Below the pieces are notes generated by a model. The model was not told the DNA's origin, did no database searches, and saw only the letters and a program-made list of their open reading frames with translations. Below, in pieces: positions 1 through 14,222 of a stretch of 64,000 nt of DNA. Positions within the stretch are counted from its first letter, which is position 1; each line of letters starts with the position of its first letter. Both the position numbers and the translations under genes were made by a program. Source of the DNA: Takakia lepidozioides (taxonomy: Eukaryota > Plantae > Bryophyta); contig CM060732.1 of NCBI GenBank assembly GCA_030704615.1, forward strand, positions 54,684,001 through 54,748,000. The letters run 5' to 3'.

Positions 1-1284
1 TGTACGATGCTGCGCTGCAAGAGAATCTCTGGCCCTCCAAAACTGGGAAACCCACCTAGCCCCTATCTGCCGCATCTCTGCTCCCATCACCACCCCTCAA
101 CAACAAAACCTATGATCGAATCTGCCTCTTGAAAGAGCCCGCAACCTGTCTGTCTCCAACCCTTCTCGGAACTCCTTGTCTCAACTCAACTCATCGCCCC
201 TTCTCACTCCCGAACACCAGCGCCACATACAAAGGTGTAATATTAAAACCCAACTGCAGAAGGTAACGTCTCAAATGACCTAACAAACACTGTTAATATA
301 GCCTGTCTCTCTGACCCTATCCTCTCTCCCTCTCAATACTTCCTAATAAAATAAGAGGGTTGCAAGCAGAAATTTTTCGGGCGGTGGGAAGGAATCTAGA
401 CTAAAAGGGCGGCTTCGTGGCCTGCGGAGATGGAGAGACCTCGCTGCAAGGGACGATTGTTGTCATGCCCGTCACACCATTCGCTCGTGACACGGACGAT
501 GCCACATGGGCCCCAGCGCGGTCCAAGCTCCAAGCCAGGTCCCACTCCTCTCTCGAAACTCGCCCACACTCAGATATGGCTGCCACGCCCTGTCAACAGA
601 ACCGTTAGGCCACCAGTTCCCTTTTACTTAGCAAATTCCAGATATCATTTGTTCCTCTTTCGCTGGGGAGAAATATGGGCCCTTTACAAATAGCACCTTG
701 CAAGTTGTAAGCATAGCAGGTGAATTCAGCCCATAAGCTTCCAGGGATACATAGGGCTTGTATCTGTTTCTGAAGAACCTCAGTCAGGCAAGTGGTTGAT
801 CTCAGAGTATTGTACTGGTGGTGAGAAGCTTCAAGGACACTGTCCTTTGGAGAAGTATGGGTGGGTTGCAATTGAACCTCACGAAAGCTTAAACGCATAG
901 TACCGGTCGAAATCGGCACATACTTCACTAGAGCATTTTCTATGTCAATAAAGCTTGGGAGTAGAGGGTTCTACAAAGCCATAATCAGCCATCTCCTGAG
1001 GTATTGATAGAATAATATTGCACTGGTGTGGGGAGACTTTGGAGGAGCTTTACTGTCAAGAAATACAGACCAGAATGTGAGCATGGCATAGCAAGAGTAA
1101 ATTCAGGCCATACTTACACCAGGAATTTTTCTGCCCTAAAGCTCTAGAGTAATGGGTTTCACAAAAACTACAAGCTCGAAGCTAAAGAAGTCTGTAAAAT
1201 AGCCCAAAACATTCTTACTCAAATTGGCGATGTAATCCTTGTTCTAGTGTCAAAAAGTGGATGTATGCTGAAGATTCTCATCAC

Positions 1285-3316
1285 TCAACATTGAAGAAGA
1301 AGATGCGCGACTTCTTCATCAGACATTGTCAGCTCCATGTATCTCTGCAGGGCATTTGCAAGCTTGGCCGCCAACTGATGCTTGCACTGCCCCCACCCAA
1401 CACCCAGTTTTAGGGGCCTGAATTAACCATGACAAACATCCATAGGCTTGGAAAAAGTTTCAATGTACACCTGGGTGGTTGTTGGCTTCCGAATGTTGGA
1501 AATATGCCACGAGTGTGTCAGGGTAATGGCGAAAGAAATAGAGAAGAAACTTTCAAGTTGGCCATGCTCCTTTTGATGCAAGTTGTGTACAATTGTGGTC
1601 AACTCAAAATTGAGCCGAATCTACTCCAGAATGTACACGTTCTGTTTTTCTTGTGGTTTGCAATTTCCAGCTGTTGGCCGAAACACGCGGCATGAGACTT
1701 GGCATTGCCATAGGCCAGGCCTCCTGTCTGGCAGGAACAGAATGGGTGGTGCAGAAGGGCAGATGAAATGAGTGCAGAATGACGGCCAACTTTACTAGAC
1801 AAAGGAGAGGAGAAAACACGCACACAGAGTTGGTTGCTTTTGCCCACAACATCAAAGAAAAAGGAATGGCAGGAGCAGAAGTGGTCAGAGAAGCACAAGT
1901 AGTACTCTGCCCCACCCTTGGACTCTCCAACCACCTGCATGTATGGCAAAAGGGACTATCTCTTCACTTGTTCTCCTGGTCAAGATGATCTTCTCCTCCC
2001 CATTAGAAACTTTAGAGGCCCCTAACAAAGTTTTATCTAATATTGTGGGTATGCATTTGTCCTATGGCACTCTAAATAATGCCATGCAAAACCTTTCTTG
2101 GATGAAAGAGTGAGAAACTGGGTGTAGAAAGAGGAAGGGGTAGTAAGTGGGAGAGATCCTCAGCTAACAGGATTGTAAATATAAAGAGACCTTCCTCCCT
2201 CACTACCTACCGGCTATTTCAACAGTACAACATCGAAATACTGCAAAAAGAAATAAGGATATCATTTACTGTTTTGTAGCAATCCAGAGCACTAAATATG
2301 GGGGAGTTAAAATATTGATGCTCAAACCTGGAAAAGAGTGCGATGGCTGGGCTGAGAGACAATACGTCGCACACCACCCTGGTCTAAGATACGCAATGCT
2401 CGCTCTAGATTCTTTTCGAACAGAAAATGGAGCCTGCAACTTTGCAGTGAAATAACATTTCAGTGACTGCCTTGAAGTATCCCACCTTCATCCAAAGTAA
2501 GAAAGTGCCAGCCCAACCACTTATCCATGCAACACGACGGTAAGATGCGTGTAGAAGTAAGTTCTCAGAACATAGGAAGTGACTGAAGCACTCGCTACAC
2601 TTGTCCTACACAAAGGAATGGACTTAATACCATCCTCTCATCCAGATGTTACATAACAAACGAAATTGTTCCCATGGACACTACATCTGTGCCTAGACAG
2701 ATCACAGTCATGGGTGATATTGCTTCTTGTAACATCTGATGGAAACTGTGAACTGTTGTCAATTCAACCTGGGTATGCTTGACCCAAGAGAATTTCAGTA
2801 TGTTACTGCTATAAGTTCCTCTCTGCAATCAAATTGCCATCTGCAAATCCACCGTCATTGTCGTCCAAACAGAAATGTGGCAGAGAGAGAGAGAGACAAT
2901 GAGTAGAGAATGTACTCGTAAAGGGAGATGAGAGACAGTCTGCTTGCCATAGATTTTGCGAGACAAACAGAATTATCAGTGATGGATGGCAGAAGTCCGA
3001 ATGCTTACATGGCCATCTGTTCATCTGTCACTGCTCCAAATCGAAGCACACACATGCACGGGGCTGTCAGAACATTGTTGCATCCTCGTCATCATGCTTA
3101 TCTCTCCATCACGCATCTTCTTGACTTTGGAGTACTTGTTTAGCCCATCTCTAGAACAAGATACTATAATTTCACTACCATCTCCTATTATTTGCGTAGT
3201 TTCACTCATTCGAAATCCTCAATGGATCATAGCCAGGGTTCCGAACACGGTAAGTAGTAACCTGCTGCGGCAGCTTCTATGTTTCCGAAAATCGTCATGG
3301 CCGCTGCGACTGCCAT
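1285..3316 (-). CDS. SWS1: SWIM zinc-finger protein, SWS1/ZSWIM7 (Shu-complex) homolog; exons 3316-3262, 3030-3009, 2433-2328, 1934-1824, 1386-1285; 131 aa
   Basis: Manual GT-AG splicing gives a continuous frame: MAVAAAMTIFGNIEAAAA-VTDEQMAM-LHFLFEKNLERALRILDQGGVRRIVSQPSHRTLFQ-VVGESKGGAEYYLCFSDHFCSCHSFFFDVVGKSNQLC-CKHQLAAKLANAL...LLQC*. SWIM CxC...CxH motif present. In-frame TAG upstream of the ATG. Confidence 0.9.
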
Positions 3317-4289
3317 CTCTGACTAGTCGAGACACTCTTTCCTGTATGTGTTGGAGGTCAACAGGTTACAAGCTGAGAGCTTGACAGTAAATGTGAACAA
3401 ACAGACAGACAGACAGAGTAGCAAACTAGCAGTCAGAGAACCCATTGAATAAATTTCAATCTGGGAAGGGCCTTCCGGTCATACGAAGGGCTTGGGAACA
3501 CAGATTGAGAATCAAGACACGCAGAGAGATAAGAGACAGAACTAACCTATCTTCAGTCTTACTTGCAAGCACTAACGATTCAGAGAAAGAAAGAGCTTCG
3601 CACATACCCAAACGATGTGGGAAAATTGGAGCGTATGCGGAGAGATCTATCACCTACCAATCACATACTAGGTATGGAAAACCCCCTCCAGTGCGATTTG
3701 CGACCTTCAGATCACTGCACTTCGCCTTTTGGAACAGAGAGAATTGTTGGGTTTGAACTTTTGAACCTCACCCTCAACCTCCTTAGCTTTTCATCGATGT
3801 CGGCCCACATTGGCAGGGAAAGTAGCACTTCGTGCTTCAGACTCGAGACTCATCAAGGAATGGATTTCACTCAGAAAGTGATGGTGGAGGGTTTGGCGTT
3901 GGCCGCTCCCACATCCATGGCTACCTCCACCAATATTGTGTTCTATTCTGTTCCTTCTCCTCTTACCCTCAACAAAACACGTTCTTCTCTGCATCTTCTT
4001 TATTTCAGAGGCACATTCCTTATTAGGAAACAGGTTTTCGGGTCCTCAAATGTCTCGACGAGGGAAGTGCTCTGCAACGGAGCCCTCAATCGACCAGATG
4101 GCAAGGCACGATTTCCAGCAAGCGGCCCCATGCACTTCGATAGTGGAGGAGGAGGTAGAATGCTGGAAAATGTTAGTGATCTCAAAGGGAACAGGGGATT
4201 TTGGAATGAGGGATGGCGTTCTGGGAAGAGGAACGAAGGGCCAGGACTGGGCGGAGAGCTGTCTACAGAAAATCCTGCAATTGCGGACG

Positions 4290-5160
4290 ATGAAAGAGGG
4301 CCAAGAAAAGGATAGTACTTGGTTGACATGCACCCGCTATGCTATGAAGATGACAAGGTGCAGCCGAAGGTAGTGGTGGAGTGGATGCGGTTGCTGTTCA
4401 CTCAAGTTGCGCAGCATGACCCCGTCATTGCATGATGGATGGAGAGAGAGGGAACGAGTATAGACAGGAGCTGATGTCCGCTTACAAAGCCAGGCGCAAC
4501 AAGTACCGGCCCCTGCCTGAGAGGGCTCACACACCCATCGGTCTCCAAGCAGACTTGCGGGAGTGTCTGCCCTTGATCCATGGGTTCCTTGCTCTCTGCC
4601 ATGTCCCTGTGGTGAAGGTGGGTACGGCAGAGGCTGATGATGTGGTCGCCGCACCAAGCACTGGCTCATGACCTTATAGTGGTTGTGGCCTCACACGACA
4701 TGGACTTTCGCCAACTTCTCTCTCCTCAGATCCACATGCTGCTCCCTCCCCGATTTTGGGCGGTGGTCTTTCTACACACTCCAGCATTATGTAGCACAAA
4801 ATCAATCTCCCCCAGTTTGGAGCTTGCTCTGCGATGCCCGCTGGGGGATGCCAATGCGACAGACAGCATCTCAGGCCTTCCTGACCTCGCCCCAGGGTTT
4901 GGGAGGAAGACTGCCTTGAAGCTGATGAAGAAGCATGGATCCTTAAATCAACTACTAAATGCAGCTGCCACACCCACTGTGGGAAAACCAGACATTCAGG
5001 GTGCCCTCACAATGCATACCGCCACACTCTGCATGAACTTTCACGTCCTCAGTTTCGCACAGATGTTGATGTTGTACTGAAAGAAGAGTGGTGTAGGCCA
5101 CATGCCGCAGTGCTAATGACTCTCTGGCTTTCCAACTGCTGAGAGAGCAACTTCAAGGAC
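4290..5160 (+). pseudogene. 5'-3' exonuclease (PIN/H3TH, organellar exonuclease-like) pseudogene with no visible introns
   Basis: Motifs spread over several frames: LVDMHPLCY...DPVIA / DGERGNEYRQELMSAYKARR / EADDVVA / VVASHDMDFRQLL / GD...DSISGLP..APGFGRKTALKLMKKHGSL. Frameshifts near 4432, 4660 and 4760. Confidence 0.8.
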
Positions 5161-6483
5161 TGCAGCTCTCCCCCAAATCTGTACCAGACAGTAGGAAGCA
5201 CTCTGCAGCTCATGGGCAGCAATGATTCTTGCCCTTGCTATGCTTGCACTCTTGAATTCTTGTCTACATACTTCTGCACTTCAAGTGCGTGCAACCTTCT
5301 TTCACTTGAATGTACATTACAGAGATGGATGATTAGGCTATTCTTGATGTGTTCCAAAACATCAGCTGAAAACACAAACAGGTTGCCCTCTTCTGAGGTA
5401 AGTTGCTTGATGTTGCACACTGAAAATGTAAATGAGAACCAATCACACAGAGTACTGAAGCTATAACAGCAAGTTCTGAACCTTAATTGCAGATGTGCAG
5501 AGGGAAATGACAAGATGATAATAATGAATGATGATACCAAGGGGAGTCGTGACCCCCTTCAACACCTAATTTCTTTTCCGGCCAGCTGTGAATTGTCAGC
5601 AAGAATGTTTGACATCATGGAACTCAAACAGCACCACCTCAGTCAAGTCTGTTCCAGGTCATCTAATCTCACATACTAATGGGATATTGTCAACTTACCC
5701 AGAAATTTTCTCACTCTTGGTTCAGTCAGGCATGAAAGCCCCTATACAATTCCAAGGTCTAACAGTGTCTAACTCACATCTAGGATCCACTAGCTGAAGC
5801 CAAGTGCCGGGAACTTGCATTCACCTTATTTCAGACCTTTGATCTTCGGACATTCAATAAATGCTCCACCTCCATCCACCAGACATCACATCTTACTGTC
5901 CCTCCTCCTGGAGAAGGTTATACTATTTGACTGAATCCAACTACTGGTAACAAAAGATTTCTAGGACTGGACAAAACCGGGTCATGGGCCCTACATGGGC
6001 ATTTGAAACATGTTTAAAATTTATGGCACATCAAGAATGGAGACTGTCGTACGCAAAGCTTTATCTTGCCACTCATAAGCTGCCCACCACCACAAATGAG
6101 GCTCGTTCTTATGTGCTGAAATTCGTAAGTACAACCCCTGCAGTGGCAATGGCAGATGAACTAAGGTTTAGTGTGGCAAGTGGCCCAATCTCACCATTCA
6201 CACACAAGTTGAACAAACACTCACATAATTGTCACTGGAATTTTCCTTCAAATAGAGCAACAAAATAAATAGCTAAGGCTTCAATTGCATGCTTGTCAAC
6301 TAACCGGTAGCAAGAACATGCATTTGTTGCACTCCATGAAACAGACCCCTTCAGCAAAATCTGGGGAATCGTACATAGCTTAACACTTTTGACCAGTGAG
6401 AGACGTGGCTACAGCTGTCTTGTAGCCTACAATAACTTACAACCACAAAGACGTACCAACCCTTGTTTGATATGGCAATGCAA

Positions 6484-9400
6484 TCAGTCAGGCACTGAAT
6501 AATTCTCCACATGCAACCACTTGGTGGCCGACCACTTGTTGCCTTTGATAACAGGACAGCCCCCTGTCATGCCCGAACACACATAGCGTTTTCAGAGTTC
6601 TCCCATGTTTCTTCTTCCTGGAATTCAAATGCAAACCATGTGAAGAGAAAAAGACATGAGCTGCAACAGTGTCCCAAATCAATCTAGAGACAACAAGAAG
6701 CCCACCATGCAGGCTCGAAGGATCGAGTGTGGAATCAGGTTTCATGCTCCAGAAGAGCAAAGCATCACCCATGTGTGGCCGCACTGAGAGGCCTGACTTG
6801 CCACACTCTGACAGCTCGTCCCAACCCGGCACCAAAGTGCCATTCACTTGTGATGCTGGAAACACCGTCTCGCCACCCTCCTCTACATCTGTCCTGCTCC
6901 ATGGACACTCAGCGACTCAGCATAATCTCCCCGGACTGCATGTTGCCTAAACCTAGCCAATGTGCATCTCACAACAGACAGGATCTGACTACTTTTGCAG
7001 TCCAAGGCTTTCTGCAGGGCCATCCTCGTGGCATGTCAAGTGCCCAAGTAGTGTACAACTGAGAATCACGCTACTAAACTCTAAATCACACCTGATCCTC
7101 CAAATAGAGGTTATAAAGAACATGGGGTTAATCAAGTAGATGCAGTAATGGATACTTAAATACCAGAGTTTTTAAAGTTTGAGAAAGAGATCACCTACAA
7201 GTACATAAGTACAGTAGCAATACGCTGCCCACCATTCTTGGTATTGAACGTGTCATGAAAGTAATCATAATGTGCCTCATATTGTTGACCTTCTTCATAA
7301 TGCAGAACCTGCAACCCCTCACCATGCTCTGCAAACGGACAATTCTTCAGTCTGACCCTGATGAAAATTGTAAACATGTGAGACTCATTTGTGAATAGTC
7401 AATCAACCAAAAGCCCAGGTTGGAGTCAGCTTCCACTGGTTTGAAGTGGCAGAGCACAGTGGTCCAGACCAGCACAACAGCTTATATATTACAATTACCA
7501 CAAATCCAAGGTTACTGCCGATGCAGATAGGCATGGCGTCCCAGGAGCTGTGCTGATGAAGCCCAGCAATTGCCAGGTTCCAAATGGAAGAAAAGGATAG
7601 ACAAATGTATTCCTTTACCCTTCACCATTTGGCACATGATTCACTCGGACGTCATAATCCACACATGCACAGTGCAAAGGCGTCCAATATCCATTGCAAA
7701 TGGCAGTTCTGCAGTTCTGCAGTTCCTTTGAAGGGAAACTTTACCAATCTTTCCCTCTAAGCAGTAAGACCCTAGAACGTCATCAGGGTGTCATTGGACA
7801 GTTCACCTAAAGAGATGCCTGATAAGGTTAGACTGCCACTCAACTATCATAAAAATGACATGTTTAACAAATCAACAGAGTCCAACCCCGATTCTGGGCC
7901 TATGCACAGGATCAATTGTAATGTTGATAGATGTAACTTCCAATCCACCTATTTCTAAAAGAATCAAGGAAGCCTCTAAGACAACAGTTGTGTCATGACC
8001 ACACAACAAAACATGCATTATGTGGGGGGAAAGGGTCTACCTATCCTAATTCTTCCAAAAGCTATTAACAGGAGAATATTACCCTTGGTCTTCTCTGCCT
8101 TTCAGCATCACCCAGTCTATTACTGTAAGTATCTTAATGGGATTCTCTAAATTTTCTGCAGTAGAGGTCATTCACTGGTCCTCTACAAAAGCAAAGGGAA
8201 GCTTTGGGAATAAGTTATGGAGTTCAACATGTTAGTGCTTTTCCCAACATCCCTGCAGCAGAGAAACCATTTACTGGTCTACATGTCATGCGTCTGCGTT
8301 TGAGGATTTCAGTGGTTGGCATACCCAAAGGCACAAATGTAAAGTGGGCAATACGCTCCTCAATTCCAGCTATCACCTTGTCCTGTCCTCTACTTAGAAA
8401 CGTTCCTGAGCTTGTACGCACCCTGCAATACAGCCGACAATGATGAGTCCCAATTTCAATCTACTAACCTGTCTGATTTCCAACTCAAATGTGAGAAATC
8501 ATAACATAGTAGTAATACTGGGGCTGTTTGCTAGCACACCTGCTATCTTTGCTTTTTCCTGTTGCACTGTCCACAACAGTTGACTTCTCCATGCGGGGAC
8601 TAGCCAGCTCAATCAAATGTGTACACTCTGCTTGTGACTGTCATCATTCCATCCGTAGGCAAATCATAAGTTTAGGTTTAGCTGCCCCAATCCCATGCAC
8701 CAGAATGAAACTGATTTATATAGACATTGTCTAAGTGGAGTTGTCAAACGAGTATGTGATGCCATCATGAAGCCCCCATACAAAATGATGTCAATATGTG
8801 CCAGCTGCCTATCTTTCAGATCAGAACAAAGCCATCACTTTGGCTCACATGCCATGCAATGACCATCAAAGACAGCACTGCTGGGATTTTGTGCAGAAGG
8901 TCTGCGATGCATTGATCTCACCAAGCAAATTTTCCACTGCTACCTTGGAATTGATTCTGCAACTTACCAGAAATTTGTGGTATAGAAAGGCTCGGGGCTC
9001 CCACGACAGCACTTCCACCCAGGTCTTCTTCACAACTTCTTCCCTATGCCTGCAGAACAATTATGGTTTAGTCTCATTACCCATTGTCTACAACACCATT
9101 TTCCACACCTATGCGACCGAAACAAGGTGAAATGCTTCCCTTCAGATACTTGCAAATTGTATACGGCATTTTAGAGCAACAGAGGAACACATTGAGTACA
9201 TGGAGCCAGACATATGCTCACAACGATGAAGCATTGCAACTGCCAGACAAATGCCTTGGGTGACCACCCTGTTCCAATGGCATTCAAGTTTATTAAAGAT
9301 ATTCAATCCCCATCTGTAAAGCTCCAACCAGAGCAAAGATCACCAAAGCTCAACGGTTTTGGTCTAATGAGGGAGTGCAATTCATATTAAAATTCGTTGT

Positions 9401-9662
9401 GACGACCTCTAGGGTGCCATCTCTTCTGGGCCCCACTTTGGTCTTCCCCTTGCCAACGTCTGGGGATTGGCTGATCTGTCTTACTTCCCTCTGTACTGAA
9501 TGAAAAGAACCGACGATAGAGAACGTGGCTCTCACCTAGACCGCAGCGCAGATCACGAGGGCAGCTTAAGCCTTTGACAGAGAATCAGTAATACGTGACG
9601 AAAGGACGCACTACACAAATGCAGAATTTGGGACAAGCGGAGACATTTGTGTCTGTGTGTAG

Positions 9663-9703
<41 letters not shown>

Positions 9704-9927
9704 CTCCTGTCAGGGAGTTAGTGCGTGTTGACGAGACATTACCTCTGTAATTGGGAAGGGAGCTTCAAGGCGACCTTAGCGCCCGCAGTGATAGAACCCT
9801 GGTGTGCAGAAGGGACGGCAATAAAGCCGAAGATCACGAGTACCAAGAGCAGAAGTGACACCAGCGCAAGCAGCGGTAGGCCCAACTTACGTGCTGCGGT
9901 CCTCTTACCTCTGCTGCCCTTTCCCAT
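6484..9927 (-). CDS. P4H: Prolyl 4-hydroxylase (type II membrane 2OG-Fe(II) dioxygenase); exons 9927-9743, 9049-8968, 8637-8540, 8422-8325, 7328-7199, 6893-6706, 6563-6484; 286 aa
   Basis: All introns GT-AG with consistent phase. N-terminal TM segment, then EVLSWEPRAFLYHKFL, VRTSSGTFL, HYDYF (HxD), GGQRIATVLMYL, SLHGGCPV, KWSATKW. Confidence 0.93.
9666..9701. repeat. (AG)n microsatellite in P4H intron 1
   Basis: About 18 perfect AG units. Confidence 0.95.
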
Positions 9928-10944
9928 CTCTTCTACTTCAGCTAAAGCTTTTTTTGTAGAGTGTAATAGTCACTGCGTATTCCGAGTGAAGGCCTGCTTA
10001 GGTCCGCAGCTAAGTCGAGCTAGTGCGGTGATCAGCCAGACGAATTAGGTCGCGCAGCTCCAGTCTGAATGCGAATACTAAACAGGATGCAGCTGCATGT
10101 GAAAGACAGCTGTGCCGGATCTTCTCACCGCTACAAAAGCACTGCTTTTACGGTTGCGACAGGACAATCAGAATCAGCAATGCTCAATCTGGCACACACC
10201 CAGACCAGACACCAGAAGAGAGCTTCGGAAGCGCTCGCCATGATCTCTGCTGATCTCTGCTGCTGCATCAATGCCTACCTACCTACCCGAACTTCCCAAT
10301 ACAAGAGACAGCAACAGACCAGGCAGACCACTCCGCGCTCTATAATTCACCGATTTAGGGTTTTGTGAATGCACGGAAAACCGGGAGGGCAACGACTTTC
10401 ATCCGATTGCCACAAGACGCGTCTTGCAATAGTCGCCAGTGTACTGTGGTTCTCAGTAACAATAGCAACCTTGGATATGGAACCGCCACACTTTGACCTA
10501 GTACATTCTGACTTTAATATCTCCATGAAATTCTTAACCCATGTGAAGTTGACCGTGGAAGTCAGTGACATGCAAAATTCAAACCCTGCCTTTCTTCTTT
10601 TTTTTTTGATTAACAGGGGGATATTGCCCTGGGAGTTTTATTCAGAATTATTGAGGGGAAAAAAAATTAAAAAAAAAGTTAAAACCCCCATTACACCATA
10701 AGGCACACACACCGATTTCAGTGAAAGGAGAACCTACCCTCTCATGGCCGAGAGACTGATCAAGAATCCATAGCAAACTGCTAAGCTAATTTCAAGGTTC
10801 GAATAAGCTGGAACTAATCTTAAGGGCCGATGGCGAAAGAAGAGACAGGTCCTTGATACTGCTGGGTACCTATCTAGAAAAGCATCTTGGGCCCCTGCCT
10901 TGAAGTTACCAGGCTCACCTACAGCCAGGCGCAACAAATGAACA

Positions 10945-11170
10945 TTTTTTTTTATTTTTTATTTTTTAAAAGGAAACCTGGGAGCGACAGCCCACAATTC
11001 AGGTCCTTGAGGAGGGGGAAAGATTAACCCCCTTTCATTTATGGGCCATGAGACCTACAGGACGATCAACGCGAACAATCGAACAATCCCACACACGGGG
11101 AAGGGCAGCAGGTTTGAACCTTGACCCACCAGGGCGACACACTGTGCACTGCTACCAGCCGATGTGCTAA
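10945..11170 (-). mobile_element. Probable tRNA-derived SINE; truncated second copy at ~11430-11530
   Basis: Minus strand has a B-box-like GGTTCAAACC (~11110-11121) and an A-rich tail at ~10945-10967. The body (gaaacctgggagc...cttgaggagggggaaa...tatgggcc.tgagacct.cagga) recurs at 11458-11527. Confidence 0.45.
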
Positions 11171-12169
11171 ATAAAGTAGGGCTTTCTGTTGCTCCGCACT
11201 ACTAGGGACAACTTATGAGAACAATGGAAAAAAAAACAATGATTCTTTTGATTTGGAAATATATACTATGAGAGAAACATTAGGAACAATGTAACAGTAT
11301 CTTATGGTACTTTTACCTGGGCGATCTCTTGTCCTTGTTCTTTTTGAGTTTGCTCCCCTTCTTTAAAAACAAATTAAAATAGAAACAAAGAACAATGTAA
11401 GAACTTACATTCCATAGTGATAAATTCAGATTTTTATTTTTATTTTCCCTCATAGGTGAAACCTGGGAGCCTTGAGGAGGGGGAAAAAGCAACACCCTTT
11501 TTTATGGGCCCTGAGACCTTCAGGATGAACATCCCCCTAGGGAGCCCACCCTTAGAAATTAATGACATTACCTTTATGGAGGTATTGTAAAGTGGCAGAA
11601 CACTACATTGCTTAACTGCATGATTTCAAGCATCAATTCATGATAGTTTCAAATTAAGTGACTTACCATTAAACCAATAACCACTTTTTCAGCAAGAGAG
11701 AGAGAGAAACTTCACAGCTCCAATGGGACAAGGATATAGCCCTCTGTTTGGATCTTGGTTTCACTCTATGAGCCATAAGCCTATTGCAAGCATTAGTTTG
11801 AGTAGTGATTATAATAGCAGAAAAGAATTGATTGTTAAGATTGGTCCTTCAAGCCACACCATCCAAGTGGGTATTTGTAGGATTGGGTATCTCAGTTTTT
11901 GTGTAACATGGCAGTTTCTGTAGTGACCTCTCTCATGGTTTTACCCATATTTGTCCAACAACTCAATATTTCATCTAAATTTATATGGTATAGGGTTTCT
12001 AACTACAATAGGTATGTGTACCAATTGTTAGATTGCAAAAACAATCATGTACCAGAGAGCCATGGACTTTTAAAGTTGATTACTGTGGAGTGCAGATGGT
12101 ACACATAAAATCTTATGGACTGAAAAAATATCATGTACACTCATACACTGGCACAAAGGAAAACACACT

Positions 12170-12597
12170 AGGGGTGCCATTTTTAAATCCAACCCAAATC
12201 CACTTTTATATGGACTAGTTATCTTAGGAATTGAGAGCTATGGACTATTTTGCACATAAAAACAGGTTGATTTGCTCTAGTCCATAACATCTTATGTTTT
12301 AGGTTTTTGAGGTGTTGTCTTTTACTAAAAAGACATACAAACCTATAATCTAGAGGTGTCAGGTGGTATATGGACAAGTGGTTGTAAACTCTAGATATTG
12401 ACGTCTAAATATTTTTTCAAATTAAAGATTAAAATATCTAGTAAATAATGGACTTTTACTATAAAAAAAAATGTATACTACTGTCTATTTATAAAAAATA
12501 AACTGAAAGCAATAGACTCAACCAAAAATAAAATTCCATAGACTTCCAGTGGACTCAACATGTGCCACTTTTGATCCACTCAATCGTGCAACTGCCC
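12170..12597. mobile_element. One end of a non-autonomous DNA transposon related to the 59046-59724 MITE
   Basis: Ends in ttttgatccact...gtgcaactgccc, resembling the 59046-59724 right TIR (tttttggtccaccgtaggctgcaactgccc). Shares internal tatatggacta/gtccataa motifs. The other end was not found. Confidence 0.5.
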
Positions 12598-12899
12598 AAG
12601 TGCATAGCCAACAATGAGAGTTATGGACCATCATCAGTTGGGCAACTCTTTCAGCTGGGCTTGCAATCGGAAGAACTTCAAGAAACCTGAGGCGACAGGG
12701 TGTTTGTCACTTTAAAAGTGACTGATTGTACTACACCACTGGATGATACCGATAGAAGGATGAATTGAGATCGGTGAAAATGACAGTTTCATCTAAAGCT
12801 GTTCTTTTGGGTTCAGTGAAGTGCTCTATCGTGCAAACAGGGTCATCTGAGGGGTTTTGTTTCGAAACTCTCATGAAGGGTAAATCCAGGTGCCTCGAC

Positions 12900-14222
12900 G
12901 TCCTGAAACCTTTCAGCAAAAAGGAGAAGAAAAAAAGAAAAGTCCCGCTTCCGCAGAGACTCTACCTCCAGATGGACAACTGCGTGAAGGAAAACAAAAA
13001 ACAGGTTTCGCTCCTAACTTCGAGAGGAGTGTTTGAGAAGATGCAAATGGGATTTCTTATGGTTGGCCAAACCCATGAGGACATCGATGGATTCTTCAGT
13101 TATTTATTTAAGAAACTGAAGCAAAACAACACCTACGTTCTTTCCGATTTTACAAGGAATTTTATGATCTCTCAAGATCTGCAATTTATTCCTCAAATCA
13201 TTCAAGAGGTGTCAGATTTCAAGGCCTATGTGGACGGTTGCATTCTCGATGGAAAAGAGCTTTAGTTGGGCAAACAGAAATGCATGTATTTCGTTCCAAT
13301 GTAGATGAAGGTGGCATGTCATGAAGTTTAAGAAGTTTGCTACTGATTCTGATTGGCTTTCCAAAAAAAGCGCGGTGAAGATGTGGAAGCCGAATGCCGA
13401 TAGAACTCCAAAGTTGTTTGTAGCAATACAACCCAGGGCTGTAAAAAAAAACACCAATTTGGGGTGTGGGAGATGCCTCCTCCGATAAACAGTCTTTTAT
13501 CAAAACAGGAATTAAAAAATACATGGAGTTATGGAAGAAAGAGATATTGTTTGATGATTATCGTAACATCATGATGCAGCATGATCAATACTGGGAAGCA
13601 ATCCTTACAGAACTTGATCTTCTCATTCCTGGAAAATTACGGCATTCAATCGCGCTTAAAGAGGATTTTTTGCCCTCAACCAAGTAGGCTGTCAACCACC
13701 ACAGAACCAGAATCCATAGACATGCAGATGATGATCTGTCGGAAGAAGATGAAGTTCTGGAGCCGTATTGTGGTCCCCGGTGTGATCGACCGAATCAGCC
13801 TCTAAATCCGTTCAAGGATATTGAAAAGGGATTTTTCGTCTTAGTTCGACCAGAAGATCCTGTGACGTTTCTAGTCTGGATGTGGATGACAATATTTGGA
13901 TGTGGTCCGCGAGAGATGATCCAGGAATTTTAAGAAGGTTCAGGTCGAATGGTGGAGACCCAAGAAAAGAGGTAGCCCTTCCAATTTGGACAGGTACAGA
14001 GATTGTTGGTCCAAAGTTTGGGAGTTGAATCCAGCTGATCCCCCTCAGTGGATTCACATTAACTTTGTCGTTTGGACAATGCCCGCCAGAAAAAACACGA
14101 TACGTACTAGCTCTAAGAAAATTACCACGGTGGAGGCGGAGAAAGCACGAGCAAATTTGGATGAGGCCAATCTACAGTCAGACAGTGAAGACAGTGCAAC
14201 CTCTGGCGGAGAACAAGGTTGA
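12900..14222 (+). mobile_element. Degenerate DDE transposase, Sola1/DUF7869-like
   Basis: LYLQMDNCVKENK...FLMVGQTHEDIDGFFS matches the DNC..NK...GHT..D pattern. Downstream ORF is broken by stops and frameshifts. Confidence 0.7.

Noticed and set aside
1-930. Short ORFs or possible retroelement 3' end at the window start
   Set aside because: No diagnostic motif recognised.
2254-2262. ATATCCTT U12-type donor on the minus strand in SWS1 intron 3
   Set aside because: The GT-AG model gives a complete protein and no matching AC acceptor is needed.
9484-9540. Possible extra P4H micro-exon (cag|TACAGAGGGAA|gtaag)
   Set aside because: The 11 nt would break the frame; exons 1 and 2 already join in phase.
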